In this document: positions 28,544 through 38,337 of the stretch, one piece after another
Numbering within the stretch: the first letter of the stretch is position 1
Layout of the letters: each line of letters begins with the position of its first letter
Source of the DNA: Promethearchaeota archaeon
GTDB lineage: Archaea; Asgardarchaeota; Lokiarchaeia; Sigyniarchaeales; SOKP01
Assembly (NCBI GenBank): GCA_019058245.1
Contig: JAHPZJ010000005.1
Location: 1 to 40,054 of the forward strand
Reading direction: 5' to 3'
Length of the DNA: 40,054 nucleotides
Position numbers and translations under genes: made by a program
Notes under the pieces: model-generated
Database searches by the model: none
What the model was told of the DNA's origin: nothing
What the model saw: only the letters and a program-made list of their open reading frames with translations

Positions 28544-28849
28544 CTACATGCATGATGTGGTAAGAAACCTATGGGTAATCTCATTCGATTTAAGAGTATC
28601 CATAGTATTAATATTATAAATATCTAAAAAATATCCAACTATAAATGCTCCTAATAGTAAAAATGGGAAGATAATAATTAATGTCCAAAAAGTTATTTTA
28701 AAAGCTAAAGAAATCAATGAGATAGCACTTACTGTAGAAACTGCAATTGAATAATATGATTGCCCCATTCTTAATCTAGATAACTGTTTCCCGATAAATT
28801 GAGCAGTTTTAACTCTTTTTATTATTTTTGATTTTCTCAATCTTAACAA
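28544..28849 (-). pseudogene. Two-TM hypothetical protein, probably truncated at the duplication junction
   Basis: AGGTAA SD plus TTG; two hydrophobic segments; its stop TAG lies in the 9-nt junction sequence 28541-28549. Confidence 0.55.
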
Positions 28850-29134
28850 TCTTATTACCTATATTCTGATTTTGTTATTTTTTGTTTTATATTTTTAATT
28901 TACATGAGTTTTTGATGATTATAAATATTGAATGTCTTATAAAAAAGATTTGTCATAATCTATTGACATTTCCTCAGTAGAAAGAGTAATAATTTGGATA
29001 ATACTATTCTATTTTGAAAATAAATAATAGTTTTTAAAAATAGTTCTAAGGTTATCAGCTTATTTTATTAAATTTAAATCATTAGTTATCTTATTTCAGT
29101 TTATTTTATTAGGAAAGGCTAATGGTGCAGTTTT

Positions 29135-30403
29135 ATGTCAGAAGAACATCTAAAAAAAATTAGAAAATGTGTTGAAAATCAAAATTTATGGCGAGGAAAT
29201 AAAACTATTAATTTAATTGCCTCAGAAAACGTAATAAGCCAAACTGCAAAGTCATTAAGTTATTCAGATTTTGCACATAGATATGCTGAAGGTCTTGTGT
29301 ATCATAGAGAATATCAAGGTCAACGCTTTCATGATGAAATCGAACAGATTGCCATAGATAGTGTAAAAAAATTGTTTAATTGTAAATTTGCAGATGTACG
29401 TTGTCCAGCAGCAACAACCGCAAATATCGCAATATATTATGGCCTTTGTAATTATGGTGATAAAATTTTTACATTGAGTGTACCAAATGGTGCTCATATT
29501 TCAATGAGAAAATTTGGGGGTGCAGGTCTTCGCGGTTTAAAAATTTTTGATATTCCATTTGATTATGATAAATACAATGTTGATATGGATCTTTTTGGAA
29601 ATCTCATATTAGGGATTAAACCAGATATTATTACATTGGGAGCAAGTGTTTTTTTATTTCCACATCCTATAGCAGAGATAAAAGAAATATGTCAAGATAT
29701 CGGGACTATTATACATTATGATGGCTCGCATGTACTTGGTTTAATAGCAGGTGGTGAATTTCAAGACCCTCTCCTTGAAGGTGCTGATGTACTAATGGCT
29801 TCAACGCATAAAACATTTCCTGGACCACAAGGAGCGATTATTTGTACGAATAATGAAGCTTTATTTCATAATATTGAGAAAGGAATATTTCCTGGTACAG
29901 TTAGCAATCATCATTTACATAGACTTCCCCCATTGGCTATTGTATGCGAGGAGATGAATCGATTTGGAAAGAAATATGCAAAACAAATTATAAAAAATGC
30001 AAAAGCATTTGCTACGGAACTTGATAGGAAAGGATTTAAAGTCCTTGGAAAAAAATTAGGTTATACGGAATCTCACCAGATACTAGTAGATCTATCTGAA
30101 TTTGGTAGAGGTCTTAAAAATGCAGAATTACTTGAAAAAGCAGATATCATTACAAATAAAAATTTAATCCATGGAGATGATGTGGATCTCGCCTCAGATC
30201 CATCTGGAATTAGGCTAGGAGTGCAGGAAATGACACATTTGGGGATGAAAGAACCAGAATTCAAGATTGTAGCAGAATTTTTTAAACGTATTATAATAGA
30301 CAGTGAAACTCCTGATAAAATAAAAAGAGAAGTAAATGAATTAAGATCTAAATTTCTTAATATTAATTATTCATTTGATGAGCTAGGTGTTTTAAATGAT
30401 TGA
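29135..30403 (+). CDS. glyA: Serine hydroxymethyltransferase
   Basis: NLIASEN, RYAEG, YDGSHVLGLIAGG, STHKTFPGPQG, TESHQ, SGIRLG. Confidence 0.97.
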   Translation: MSEEHLKKIRKCVENQNLWRGNKTINLIASENVISQTAKSLSYSDFAHRYAEGLVYHREYQGQRFHDEIEQIAIDSVKKLFNCKFADVRCPAATTANIAIYYGLCNYGDKIFTLSVPNGAHISMRKFGGAGLRGLKIFDIPFDYDKYNVDMDLFGNLILGIKPDIITLGASVFLFPHPIAEIKEICQDIGTIIHYDGSHVLGLIAGGEFQDPLLEGADVLMASTHKTFPGPQGAIICTNNEALFHNIEKGIFPGTVSNHHLHRLPPLAIVCEEMNRFGKKYAKQIIKNAKAFATELDRKGFKVLGKKLGYTESHQILVDLSEFGRGLKNAELLEKADIITNKNLIHGDDVDLASDPSGIRLGVQEMTHLGMKEPEFKIVAEFFKRIIIDSETPDKIKREVNELRSKFLNINYSFDELGVLND

Positions 30404-31619
30404 TAATGAAGAACTATATTACCTAATTAATGCTATGGGTCAAGATCGACCCGGATTAATCGCAATGCTTACCAAAGTTGTTGCAAATGGGGGTTTCAAT
30501 ATTATTGATATAGAACAAAGTGCTCCACATGGACTTTTTTATATCATTATGATCATTGAACCTACAGATAAAGCAATAGATAAACCATTAAAATACTTTG
30601 ATGAACGATTTCAAGAACTCACAGCAGGGAGTGATTTAAATATTTCAATCAAATCCTTTAAAGGTGGAATAAGAAAAAGTACAAAATCATGGTTAAGTTT
30701 TGTATTTGTTGGTCCTGATAAACCAGGATTAATTGCAACTTTTTCTAACTATGCTGGTCAAAATAACGCAAATATTCACAAATTAAACATGATCTCTCGA
30801 GGGCAAATTATTGCTTGTGAAAGTCTGCTTAATATATCTGATTTAGAGATATCAAGAGATACTTTTATCTATGGACTTAGATCCCTAGGTGAAGAATTAG
30901 GACTCCAAATAATAATTGAATCTGAGGATGTTCTTATGAAGAAAACTAGAAAACTGCTGATTCTTGACTTGGATGAAAATTTAATTCAAATTCAAGGTCT
31001 TAGTAAATTCTTAAATGAAATCCATCTTAATGAGTCAGATAAAAAATTCTACCAAAAAATTAAGGATGCCAAAAATAGTCAAGATATTATGAAATTAGGT
31101 CTTGAAGCCCTCAAAGGAATGGAATTTAGTGTAATAAATCGATTGATTTCATCAATAAGGATATCTCCTGGAACAGAAGAGTTTATTCGTGCTTTAAAGT
31201 TAATGCAATATACAATAGCTCTTATTAGTAACAGCTTATCACTTTTTACTGATCTACTGAAAAATAGGCTTAATCTAGAATATGCATTTGGGAATGCTCT
31301 TGAAGTTAGTGATAGGAAAATAACTGGGAAATATATCAAAAATTTAGAAATAACTTCCCAAAAAAAGGAAAGATTAATAAATTGGCTTGCTGTAATGGAG
31401 AAAATACCCGAAATGGAAGTTGTTCAATTCGGATTGGATAATAATGACAAAGATCCAATATTATCTCAAAGCGCTGGTCTAAAAATTAGTATAAGTTTTA
31501 ACTATGATGAAGTAAAAAAAGTAATAGAACAGAATAATATAACTGCTAGTCAACTTTTAGGTTTATTTATATCCATTGGAATGATAGATTATCAGATAGA
31601 TGAAATAAGGGAATTTTAA
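30396..31619 (+). CDS. ACT-ACT-HAD SerB-like protein with degenerate catalytic motifs
   Basis: GQDRPGL and GPDKPGL ACT domains; HAD motif I LDLDENL, II ISNS, IV GLDNNDKD; overlaps glyA stop. Confidence 0.8.
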   Translation: MIDNEELYYLINAMGQDRPGLIAMLTKVVANGGFNIIDIEQSAPHGLFYIIMIIEPTDKAIDKPLKYFDERFQELTAGSDLNISIKSFKGGIRKSTKSWLSFVFVGPDKPGLIATFSNYAGQNNANIHKLNMISRGQIIACESLLNISDLEISRDTFIYGLRSLGEELGLQIIIESEDVLMKKTRKLLILDLDENLIQIQGLSKFLNEIHLNESDKKFYQKIKDAKNSQDIMKLGLEALKGMEFSVINRLISSIRISPGTEEFIRALKLMQYTIALISNSLSLFTDLLKNRLNLEYAFGNALEVSDRKITGKYIKNLEITSQKKERLINWLAVMEKIPEMEVVQFGLDNNDKDPILSQSAGLKISISFNYDEVKKVIEQNNITASQLLGLFISIGMIDYQIDEIREF

Positions 31620-31891
31620 TTCTATAGTTTAATCATCAATAAATATACAAAAACATTTTAAGATTCAATACTCAGTGCTTTTATACATTTTCACCTATTC
31701 AGGTAAGATTCTAATCTCTATTTACTATCTAATTTGACTAGGAATATTCATTGAAATCCGACTCTGAATTTACCATCTCATTCTATGTTACTATGTATTT
31801 ATCAATATTTATAGAAAAAATCATAAATAATCCAATCTTTTGAACATTATAAAGAAAAGAAGAGATAATTTATTGTGCTCTATTTTAAGAA

Positions 31892-33487
31892 TTGATGGAA
31901 ATTATGAGAAATTCAGTTATTGAAATTGTTGATTTATTTTATAATCCAAAATCTGTTGCAGTAATTGGAGCTTCAATGGTTCCTATGAAAGGTGGATATC
32001 GTATAGTTGAAAATCTACACTCAAATGGCTACGAAGGTCCAATTTATCCTGTTAATCCCAACTATAATGAAGAAGATGAACTATGTGGTTTCAAATTTAA
32101 TAAATCTGTTTTAGACATTGAAGGGGAAGTAGATCTTGCCATTTTTTATGTAAACAATGTTATTGTAACTAATACTCTAAGAGATTGTGTTAAGAAAGGA
32201 ATAAAAGCGGCTATTATCCAAAGCGCTGGTTTTGAGGAGGTTGGTGTAGAAGGATTAAAATTAAGAGACGAAATTGCTGCTATTACAGAAAATTTTACTA
32301 AATTACATATTATTGGACCTAACTGTATGGGAATCAGTAGGATAGATGGAGATTATGATGATAAAAAAGGAGGTTTCTTCACTGGACAATTTATTTTAAC
32401 GAATTATAAAAGAGGGAATGTTGCGATCATCACCCAAAGTGGTTTCTTGAATGGTGGAATAGCACCATTAATATTTCGACAGTTTCCAAATCTAGGATTT
32501 AGGTATATTGTTTCGATTGGAAACAAGATGGACTTAGGAGAAAATGAATTTTTAGAATATATTTTAAAAGATGAAACAGTAAACGTCATTGCAATATATT
32601 TAGAGTCATTTAAAGACCCTAGAAAATTCATCTCTTTATGCAGAAAAGCAAAACAATTACCTAAAAAAACTATTATCGTTGTAAAAGGTGGAAAAACAAG
32701 CCAAGGGATGAGAGCTGCTTCTAGTCACACAGGTGCTTTAGCTGAGGATAAAAGACTAATTGATACTATTATTAAACAAGCAGGAGTTATTCAAGCAAAT
32801 AGTTTTCTTGAAATGTTCCAATTTATGAGGACCTTTTCTATGATGTATAAATCTGGTAAAAAATTCCCGAAAAAAGGAAATATTGCCCTTGTTGTTGGGA
32901 GTGGTGGTATGGGTACTATTATGGGTGATGTTGCTATGAAATATGGTTTAAAGTTTCCTGAATTTGGACGTAATAGTTATAACATTCTTAAAAGTGTATT
33001 CCCTGATTGGATGCCTCCAAACAGATTTGCTCTCGTTGATTCTTGGCCCACAATAGAAAAAGCAATAATGGATGAAGCCAAAAAAGCCAAAACTAGTGAA
33101 GAAAAGACAATAGAAAAAGATAATACTGAAGAAAAAGAAGTGAATTATTTTCGTAGAATGGGCTTTTTTGGAAATGTTATGGAAGTTATTCAAAGAGCCA
33201 TTTTAGAGGAACCTAACATAGAAGGAATGTTTACATCAATGCCAAGTAGTCCAATGGGACATGAAGAGACAATAGAGCTTGTTATACCAATGTTGGAACG
33301 AATAGCAAAATACCCGAAACCAGTTTTCTTTTATTCAGTGATGGAAAGTGAAGAAGCTTTGGAAATATTAAGGTTATTTGGTAAGTATAATATTCCTTTT
33401 TTTACCAGATCAGAAGATGCTGTCAAGAATTTTGCGATTTTGGTTCAAGAAACAAGGAATAAAGAAAAATTTTCAAAAGCTTTTTAA
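31892..33487 (+). CDS. Acyl-CoA synthetase (NDP-forming) alpha subunit-like
   Basis: PKSVAVIGAS, YPVNP, SAGFEE, GPNCMG, TQSG, SIGNKMD, phospho-His SHTGALA. Confidence 0.92.
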   Translation: MMEIMRNSVIEIVDLFYNPKSVAVIGASMVPMKGGYRIVENLHSNGYEGPIYPVNPNYNEEDELCGFKFNKSVLDIEGEVDLAIFYVNNVIVTNTLRDCVKKGIKAAIIQSAGFEEVGVEGLKLRDEIAAITENFTKLHIIGPNCMGISRIDGDYDDKKGGFFTGQFILTNYKRGNVAIITQSGFLNGGIAPLIFRQFPNLGFRYIVSIGNKMDLGENEFLEYILKDETVNVIAIYLESFKDPRKFISLCRKAKQLPKKTIIVVKGGKTSQGMRAASSHTGALAEDKRLIDTIIKQAGVIQANSFLEMFQFMRTFSMMYKSGKKFPKKGNIALVVGSGGMGTIMGDVAMKYGLKFPEFGRNSYNILKSVFPDWMPPNRFALVDSWPTIEKAIMDEAKKAKTSEEKTIEKDNTEEKEVNYFRRMGFFGNVMEVIQRAILEEPNIEGMFTSMPSSPMGHEETIELVIPMLERIAKYPKPVFFYSVMESEEALEILRLFGKYNIPFFTRSEDAVKNFAILVQETRNKEKFSKAF

Positions 33488-33645
33488 CCATAAATTTCAA
33501 ACAATATAATATAAGATTAGTTTTTTTAGGAATCTAAAAAAAAAGCAATAAGGTTATTTATATATTAGAACCTAAATGTTTTTTATACATTTTTTTTTAT
33601 TTCTAGGATAACCTTTAAAGAATAACAAAATAGAGATGAATATGA

Positions 33646-33942
33646 TTGTCTGAATCAAAGACACCAATAGTTATAACCAAAGAAGGTTGTCACAGATGCC
33701 ATGAATTAAAAGAGTGGTTAAAAGAACGTAATGTGAGATATATCGAACGAGATATAAATGATGAAGAGTTTGTTCATGAACTGCTTCAAGATACTAATTT
33801 TTTAAAAACTTTTTGTGATTCTGAGGGGTGTATTGTAAATACCCCTGCTGTAATCTATAAAGGAAAATACTGGTTTAAAGAACTCTGGGGTATCTCTGGT
33901 CTTAGAGAAAAAGAAGCAAAAAAATTATTTGGAGTTAAGTAG
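33646..33942 (+). CDS. Glutaredoxin-like protein
   Basis: TKEGCHRCHELK, NTP; extra FCDSEGC; TTG start. Confidence 0.85.
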   Translation: MSESKTPIVITKEGCHRCHELKEWLKERNVRYIERDINDEEFVHELLQDTNFLKTFCDSEGCIVNTPAVIYKGKYWFKELWGISGLREKEAKKLFGVK

Positions 33943-33969
33943 TATTTTTAAATTTCTATTATTTTTTTT

Positions 33970-34569
33970 TTACTTTTTAAATTCAGCCAATCTTTTTATT
34001 ACTTTTCGAATTGTCCTCAACCCTTCTTCATCTTTTTCTATACCATTTTTTCCCATATCTTGGCTCCATAAACTAGCTCCTAAATTTGCCCCAAATGCTC
34101 CTCCAGATACGGGTATAATATGATTCTGTTGGTAAAAATCCAGAATACTTCTTATAGCAATCTCTTGTCCTCCACTTCTATCTCCCCCTAAAGCTAATGC
34201 CGCTCCAATTTTATCTTTAAACACATTAGGATTCTTAGCGATCATAGCACGACACCGATCCATTATTGTTTTTAGTTGACCTGATAAATTACCTTGAAAT
34301 ACTGGAGTACCAAAAAAATAAAATTTCGCCTCTTCTAATTTAGAATAAAGTTCTTCCATATCATCCTTATTGATACACCCTTTTTTTTCTCGAATACAAT
34401 AATCACAATGAATACAAAAGTTAATTTTTTTACTTCTAACACTCCAAAACTCTGTTTCAAAACCAAACTTATTGGCGGCATAATTTAAAGCATATTGAAC
34501 GGCATATTCGGTTCCTTGTTTTCGAGGACTTCCACATATTCCAAGCAATAGATTCTTCTTTTCAACCAT
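33970..34569 (-). CDS. Iron-sulfur flavoprotein (Isf)/flavodoxin family
   Basis: GSPRK, CIHCDYC-x6-C, DDM, GTPVF, DRSGGQE. Confidence 0.92.
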   Translation of the reverse strand: MVEKKNLLLGICGSPRKQGTEYAVQYALNYAANKFGFETEFWSVRSKKINFCIHCDYCIREKKGCINKDDMEELYSKLEEAKFYFFGTPVFQGNLSGQLKTIMDRCRAMIAKNPNVFKDKIGAALALGGDRSGGQEIAIRSILDFYQQNHIIPVSGGAFGANLGASLWSQDMGKNGIEKDEEGLRTIRKVIKRLAEFKK

Positions 34570-34656
34570 AATAATGCATTTAACTTGCTTTTATTAATAA
34601 TTAATCATTATTGCATAAAATAAAAGTTTTAAAATCTAAAATTCTAATATTAAAAG

Positions 34657-35310
34657 ATGGATACGAATAGACCGAGTTTAGCGAGAATTAAGATTAAGTT
34701 TCCAGATCAGATATGGATTTCTGAAATATTTAAGAACTATCCAGATATAAAAATGGAAATCTCCCACTTTCTACCTTATGATCTTGAGGAATCTATTGGA
34801 AATAGTCTAATTGAAATATTACATTATGATATCGATTCCATTATAGAAGAAATTAAGAAACATCCTTCTGTCTTCGAGTTAAGTATATTAGAGAAAGAAA
34901 AAAATAAAGTCAAATTTAATGTAAAAACAAAAGATCCTTATTTATTATATGCTATAATAAAATGTGGAGTTTTAGTGAACTTTCCAGTGAGAGTGGAAGA
35001 AGGATATGCATATTGGAGACTGATTTCAAGTAGAGACAGGATAGATCAACTATTAACTCTTTTTGAAGAGAAACATATTAGTTATGATTTGTTAAGAATT
35101 GGTGTATCACCATATAATATTGAAGATGATAAAAGTAAATTAACTTTTGATGAATCAAATATCCTTGATAAGGCTATTTCTTCAGGTTTCTTTGAAATTC
35201 CAAGAAAAATATCCTTAGAAGAATTAGCTAACGAATTGGGCAAATCTAAGTCAGCGCTATCAGTAATGCTTAGAAAAATAATCAAAAAGAAAGTCTTATT
35301 TGAGAAATAG
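34657..35310 (+). CDS. Bat-like (HTH_10) transcriptional regulator
   Basis: LTFDESNILDKAISSGFFEIPRKISLEELANELGKSKSALSVMLRK. Confidence 0.88.
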   Translation: MDTNRPSLARIKIKFPDQIWISEIFKNYPDIKMEISHFLPYDLEESIGNSLIEILHYDIDSIIEEIKKHPSVFELSILEKEKNKVKFNVKTKDPYLLYAIIKCGVLVNFPVRVEEGYAYWRLISSRDRIDQLLTLFEEKHISYDLLRIGVSPYNIEDDKSKLTFDESNILDKAISSGFFEIPRKISLEELANELGKSKSALSVMLRKIIKKKVLFEK

Positions 35311-35334
35311 TTAATAAGAAATACAACAAAAAGG

Positions 35335-36120
35335 TTATACCCATTCTTCTTTTAAAATATTTCCTTTTATGCCAACGACAACTAATTTAATTGGAACTTT
35401 TCTATTTGCTCGTTTAGAACCTTCTTGAGCTAAAGCTAGTAGACCAGAACAACAAGGAACTTCCATAATAACAACTGTAAGAGTATTTATTTTTGCATCA
35501 TCAATTAAAATTTTTATTTTTTCTATGTATACTTCTTTATCTTGGTCGAGTTTTGGACAAGCAATTGCGATAGATTTTTGTTTCATGAAATCTCTATGAA
35601 AATCACCGTATGAAAATCCTACACAATCTGCTGAAAGTAGTACATCAGCTCCTTGATAATGAGGTGCTCGGGGATTAATTAAATGCATTTGAACAGGCCA
35701 ATGTCTTAGAGTTGAAATGATCTTTCCTGATATTTCTTTTTGTTTTTCTGGTTCTTCAAAAACCATTGTTTGAGCAGAAGGGCAACCATATTGATGAGAA
35801 TGTTCAAGAAATGTTTCCTGAGTTAGTTCTAGTTCAGCTCGTTCATTATATTTCATTGCTTCTAAATGTTTCTCAACAGCTTCTTCATCGAACTCTAAAA
35901 CTTCTCTTTCAATTATTTTAAGTGCGCCCTCAGGACAACCAGAAATGCATGCACCAAGACCATCGCAGAAAACTTCATTTACGACCCTAGCTTTTCCATC
36001 GATTACCTTTAGAGCTCCCTCTGCACAATCAACAACACAATTTCCACATCCTGTACAAAGATCTTCATCGATTTTTATAATTTTTCTTTTTACTAATTTA
36101 TGCTGTTTTACCTCAGTCAT
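35335..36120 (-). CDS. 2x[4Fe-4S] ferredoxin-domain protein of the type often found near hcp genes
   Basis: CTGCGNCVVDC, CDGLGACISGCP, GCP, HWPVQ, ADC, ACPKLD, MEVPCC. Confidence 0.88.
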   Translation of the reverse strand: MTEVKQHKLVKRKIIKIDEDLCTGCGNCVVDCAEGALKVIDGKARVVNEVFCDGLGACISGCPEGALKIIEREVLEFDEEAVEKHLEAMKYNERAELELTQETFLEHSHQYGCPSAQTMVFEEPEKQKEISGKIISTLRHWPVQMHLINPRAPHYQGADVLLSADCVGFSYGDFHRDFMKQKSIAIACPKLDQDKEVYIEKIKILIDDAKINTLTVVIMEVPCCSGLLALAQEGSKRANRKVPIKLVVVGIKGNILKEEWV

Positions 36121-36155
36121 AAATAAATTAAATTGAAGTGGTTATTTATTCTTAA

Positions 36156-36171
36156 TTTCGAACATGTTCAA
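36156..36171. promoter_or_regulatory. Operator copy 1, TTTCGAACATGTTCAA
   Basis: Exact reverse complement of 38255-38270; palindromic core GAACATGTTC; 35 nt upstream of the Fe-S gene start. Confidence 0.75.
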
Positions 36172-36274
36172 ATAGAAAATTGAGATAATACAAAGATAAG
36201 TCTCGAAGAAAAATAATAATTCTATTCTCATAAATACTTAAAATCTAGAGAAATTAAATGTAAAAAAAAATTTA

Positions 36275-38179
36275 TTATATTCCTAATTTCTTCCTATTCT
36301 TCTCAATATGGTCTAACATTTGATCAACAGCTTGAATTGGATCAGTTTCGACATGCAAAATTCCACCTGTTAGATTTTTACAATCTTCGGTTAAGAGTTT
36401 AACTAAATCAGCACCTCCAGTAACTGTAGGTACTGGATTAACATAAGTATATAAACCAAACGCTAGAGCGAATATTGCATCGATCGTTGCTTTTTGTTCC
36501 ATATATTCTGGAGCAGCGGCTACTACTGGTAAATATGGAATTGGTACACCACCAAGTGCTTCAGAGATTGCCCCGATCAAGTCAGCAACTCTCCCTGTAT
36601 CTGTACATGTTCCATAGCTAAGAACAGGAGGAATTCCTAATTTTTCACAAACTGCTTTTAGACCTGGACCTGCCATATCTTTTGCTTCTGGTAAACATAA
36701 TCCTCCCACTTGTAATGCTCCGTTGCCACACCCCATTGATAAAACCAAGACATCTCTTTTAATTAATTCTTTAGCTACTTGGATTGTATGTACATCTTGT
36801 CCATAATCTCTAAGCGTTGTACATGATATCAGTCCAGCTACACCCCGTATGGTACCATTCTTAATTACTTCAAGTAATGGATCAAGTGTACCTCCAAGAG
36901 CTGCAAGTATACTCTCACTAGAAAATCCTACAACCGCCTCATTCAAATCTAATCCTGTAATAGGTTCTATATTTGCTTTACGCTCTTTAAAGTTATCAAT
37001 CGCCATTTGAAGTAATATTGCGGCTTGTTCTTGTGCTTTATCTGGTTTATAATCTACCCTTTCAGTAATACCTTCAAAAGCTACAACTTCGGAAACGGGT
37101 ACTAGTTTGAACTTATATTTCTCAGCATATAAGGGATCTATAGGCATACAACAATTCATGTCACAGATAAATGCATCAATACAACCACTTGCCAAAATCG
37201 CCTCTTGCATTATCCAATTTCCTGTGAATCCGTAAAAAACATCATCCATTTCCCATCTTTGTATCATTTCTTGTCCAGTCTCGATATTTGCAATTATCCT
37301 TAATCCTTTTGCCCCGACTGCTTTTGCTTTTTCTTGCCATTCAGATTTTCTAGCGAGTTGGACCATTGCAAATCCTAAAAATGGTTCATGGCCATTTGGT
37401 AAAATATTTACATAATCAGGGTCTAAAACACCTAAATTGACCCTCATTTTATGTGGTCTTGGAATATTAAATAAAATATCTTGAGTAAATTCATTAACAA
37501 CTTGGCTTTGATATGCCATTGCTATCCCTAGTCTCATAGCCTTAAGGGCTAAGCTTGCATAATATCCATCTACATTTGTTAAGCAAGAGCTTGTTGAAAA
37601 CATCATTTCGCCATATAATCCACCAGGAAAAATTCCTAAGTTTTTCCACACTTCTTGTCTTTCAGTTGGTGCTAATTTCTCGACAATTTTACTTAGTTCA
37701 TCATAAGGAGTATTAAAATCTTCCTTTACAAAATTATATAGTCTTAATGCAATATCTTTTTCTGAACCGGATGTCTCTAAACCAAGACGTTCAGCAAAGA
37801 CTTTTAGTTTCTCAGGTTCGGAGATTTTAAATGGAGTTTTTCCCTCTATTGTAGCTTTTAAGGTTTTCAAAGTTGTTTCAGTATGATAATGATAAGTAGA
37901 GGCACCCATAACATTTCTAAGAAGCATCATACGCATTGCCATACCATCTGCGGTAATTCCACAGACACCACGTTTGTCTATTGATGAATCTGCTCTACAA
38001 GGGCCATTTGAACATAGATCACAACGCGCACCTTTTAAACAAAATGGACATCGTTTATCGGGATCTCCTCCAAATCCCTGTGCTTCAAAACGATCCCAAA
38101 TATTATTCATACCATCTTTTTTAATCCTTTCATAAACTTTTTGAACGGATTTATGGTAAGAGATTCTATCATCTTCCAT
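36275..38179 (-). CDS. cooS: CODH/HCP superfamily CooS protein, clade D / CooS-V-like
   Basis: CPFC, CDLCSNGPC..GVCG, NGHEP, NIETGQE (Glu in place of Cys), DMNC, ISCTT, GCGN, GTCTD, EQKA. Confidence 0.92.
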   Translation of the reverse strand: MEDDRISYHKSVQKVYERIKKDGMNNIWDRFEAQGFGGDPDKRCPFCLKGARCDLCSNGPCRADSSIDKRGVCGITADGMAMRMMLLRNVMGASTYHYHTETTLKTLKATIEGKTPFKISEPEKLKVFAERLGLETSGSEKDIALRLYNFVKEDFNTPYDELSKIVEKLAPTERQEVWKNLGIFPGGLYGEMMFSTSSCLTNVDGYYASLALKAMRLGIAMAYQSQVVNEFTQDILFNIPRPHKMRVNLGVLDPDYVNILPNGHEPFLGFAMVQLARKSEWQEKAKAVGAKGLRIIANIETGQEMIQRWEMDDVFYGFTGNWIMQEAILASGCIDAFICDMNCCMPIDPLYAEKYKFKLVPVSEVVAFEGITERVDYKPDKAQEQAAILLQMAIDNFKERKANIEPITGLDLNEAVVGFSSESILAALGGTLDPLLEVIKNGTIRGVAGLISCTTLRDYGQDVHTIQVAKELIKRDVLVLSMGCGNGALQVGGLCLPEAKDMAGPGLKAVCEKLGIPPVLSYGTCTDTGRVADLIGAISEALGGVPIPYLPVVAAAPEYMEQKATIDAIFALAFGLYTYVNPVPTVTGGADLVKLLTEDCKNLTGGILHVETDPIQAVDQMLDHIEKNRKKLGI

Positions 38180-38254
38180 AAATAATCACTTTTTTCTAAT
38201 TTTTCTAAATATTGTAGTATTTAACAAATAAGCTGATTTAATTTAAAATTGCTG

Positions 38255-38270
38255 TTGAACATGTTCGAAA
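38255..38270. promoter_or_regulatory. Operator copy 2, TTGAACATGTTCGAAA
   Basis: In the divergent cooS/oxidoreductase intergenic region; same 16-mer as 36156-36171. Confidence 0.75.
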
Positions 38271-38337
38271 GAAATTTACTTAAATATTACAACATATAAT
38301 AAAAACTTTAAAATAAAATGTAAAAACTAGTAATTCA

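Noticed and set aside
31700-31760. SECIS-like AUGA...AA...GA on the minus strand
   Set aside because: Stem pairs poorly and no UGA-containing gene lies upstream on that strand
3305-36136. Short antisense or overlapping track ORFs (e.g. 3305, 6194, 7191, 7965, 10391, 16370, 17195, 20413, 22503, 23205, 25506, 26052, 26104, 29264, 30073, 31079, 32404, 32948, 33929, 35082, 35945)
   Set aside because: Shadow frames of well-supported genes with no recognisable motifs
36156-38270. GAACATGTTC as a LexA/SOS box
   Set aside because: Gram-positive SOS box is GAAC-N4-GTTC; the spacer here is 2 nt and the flanking genes are redox genes
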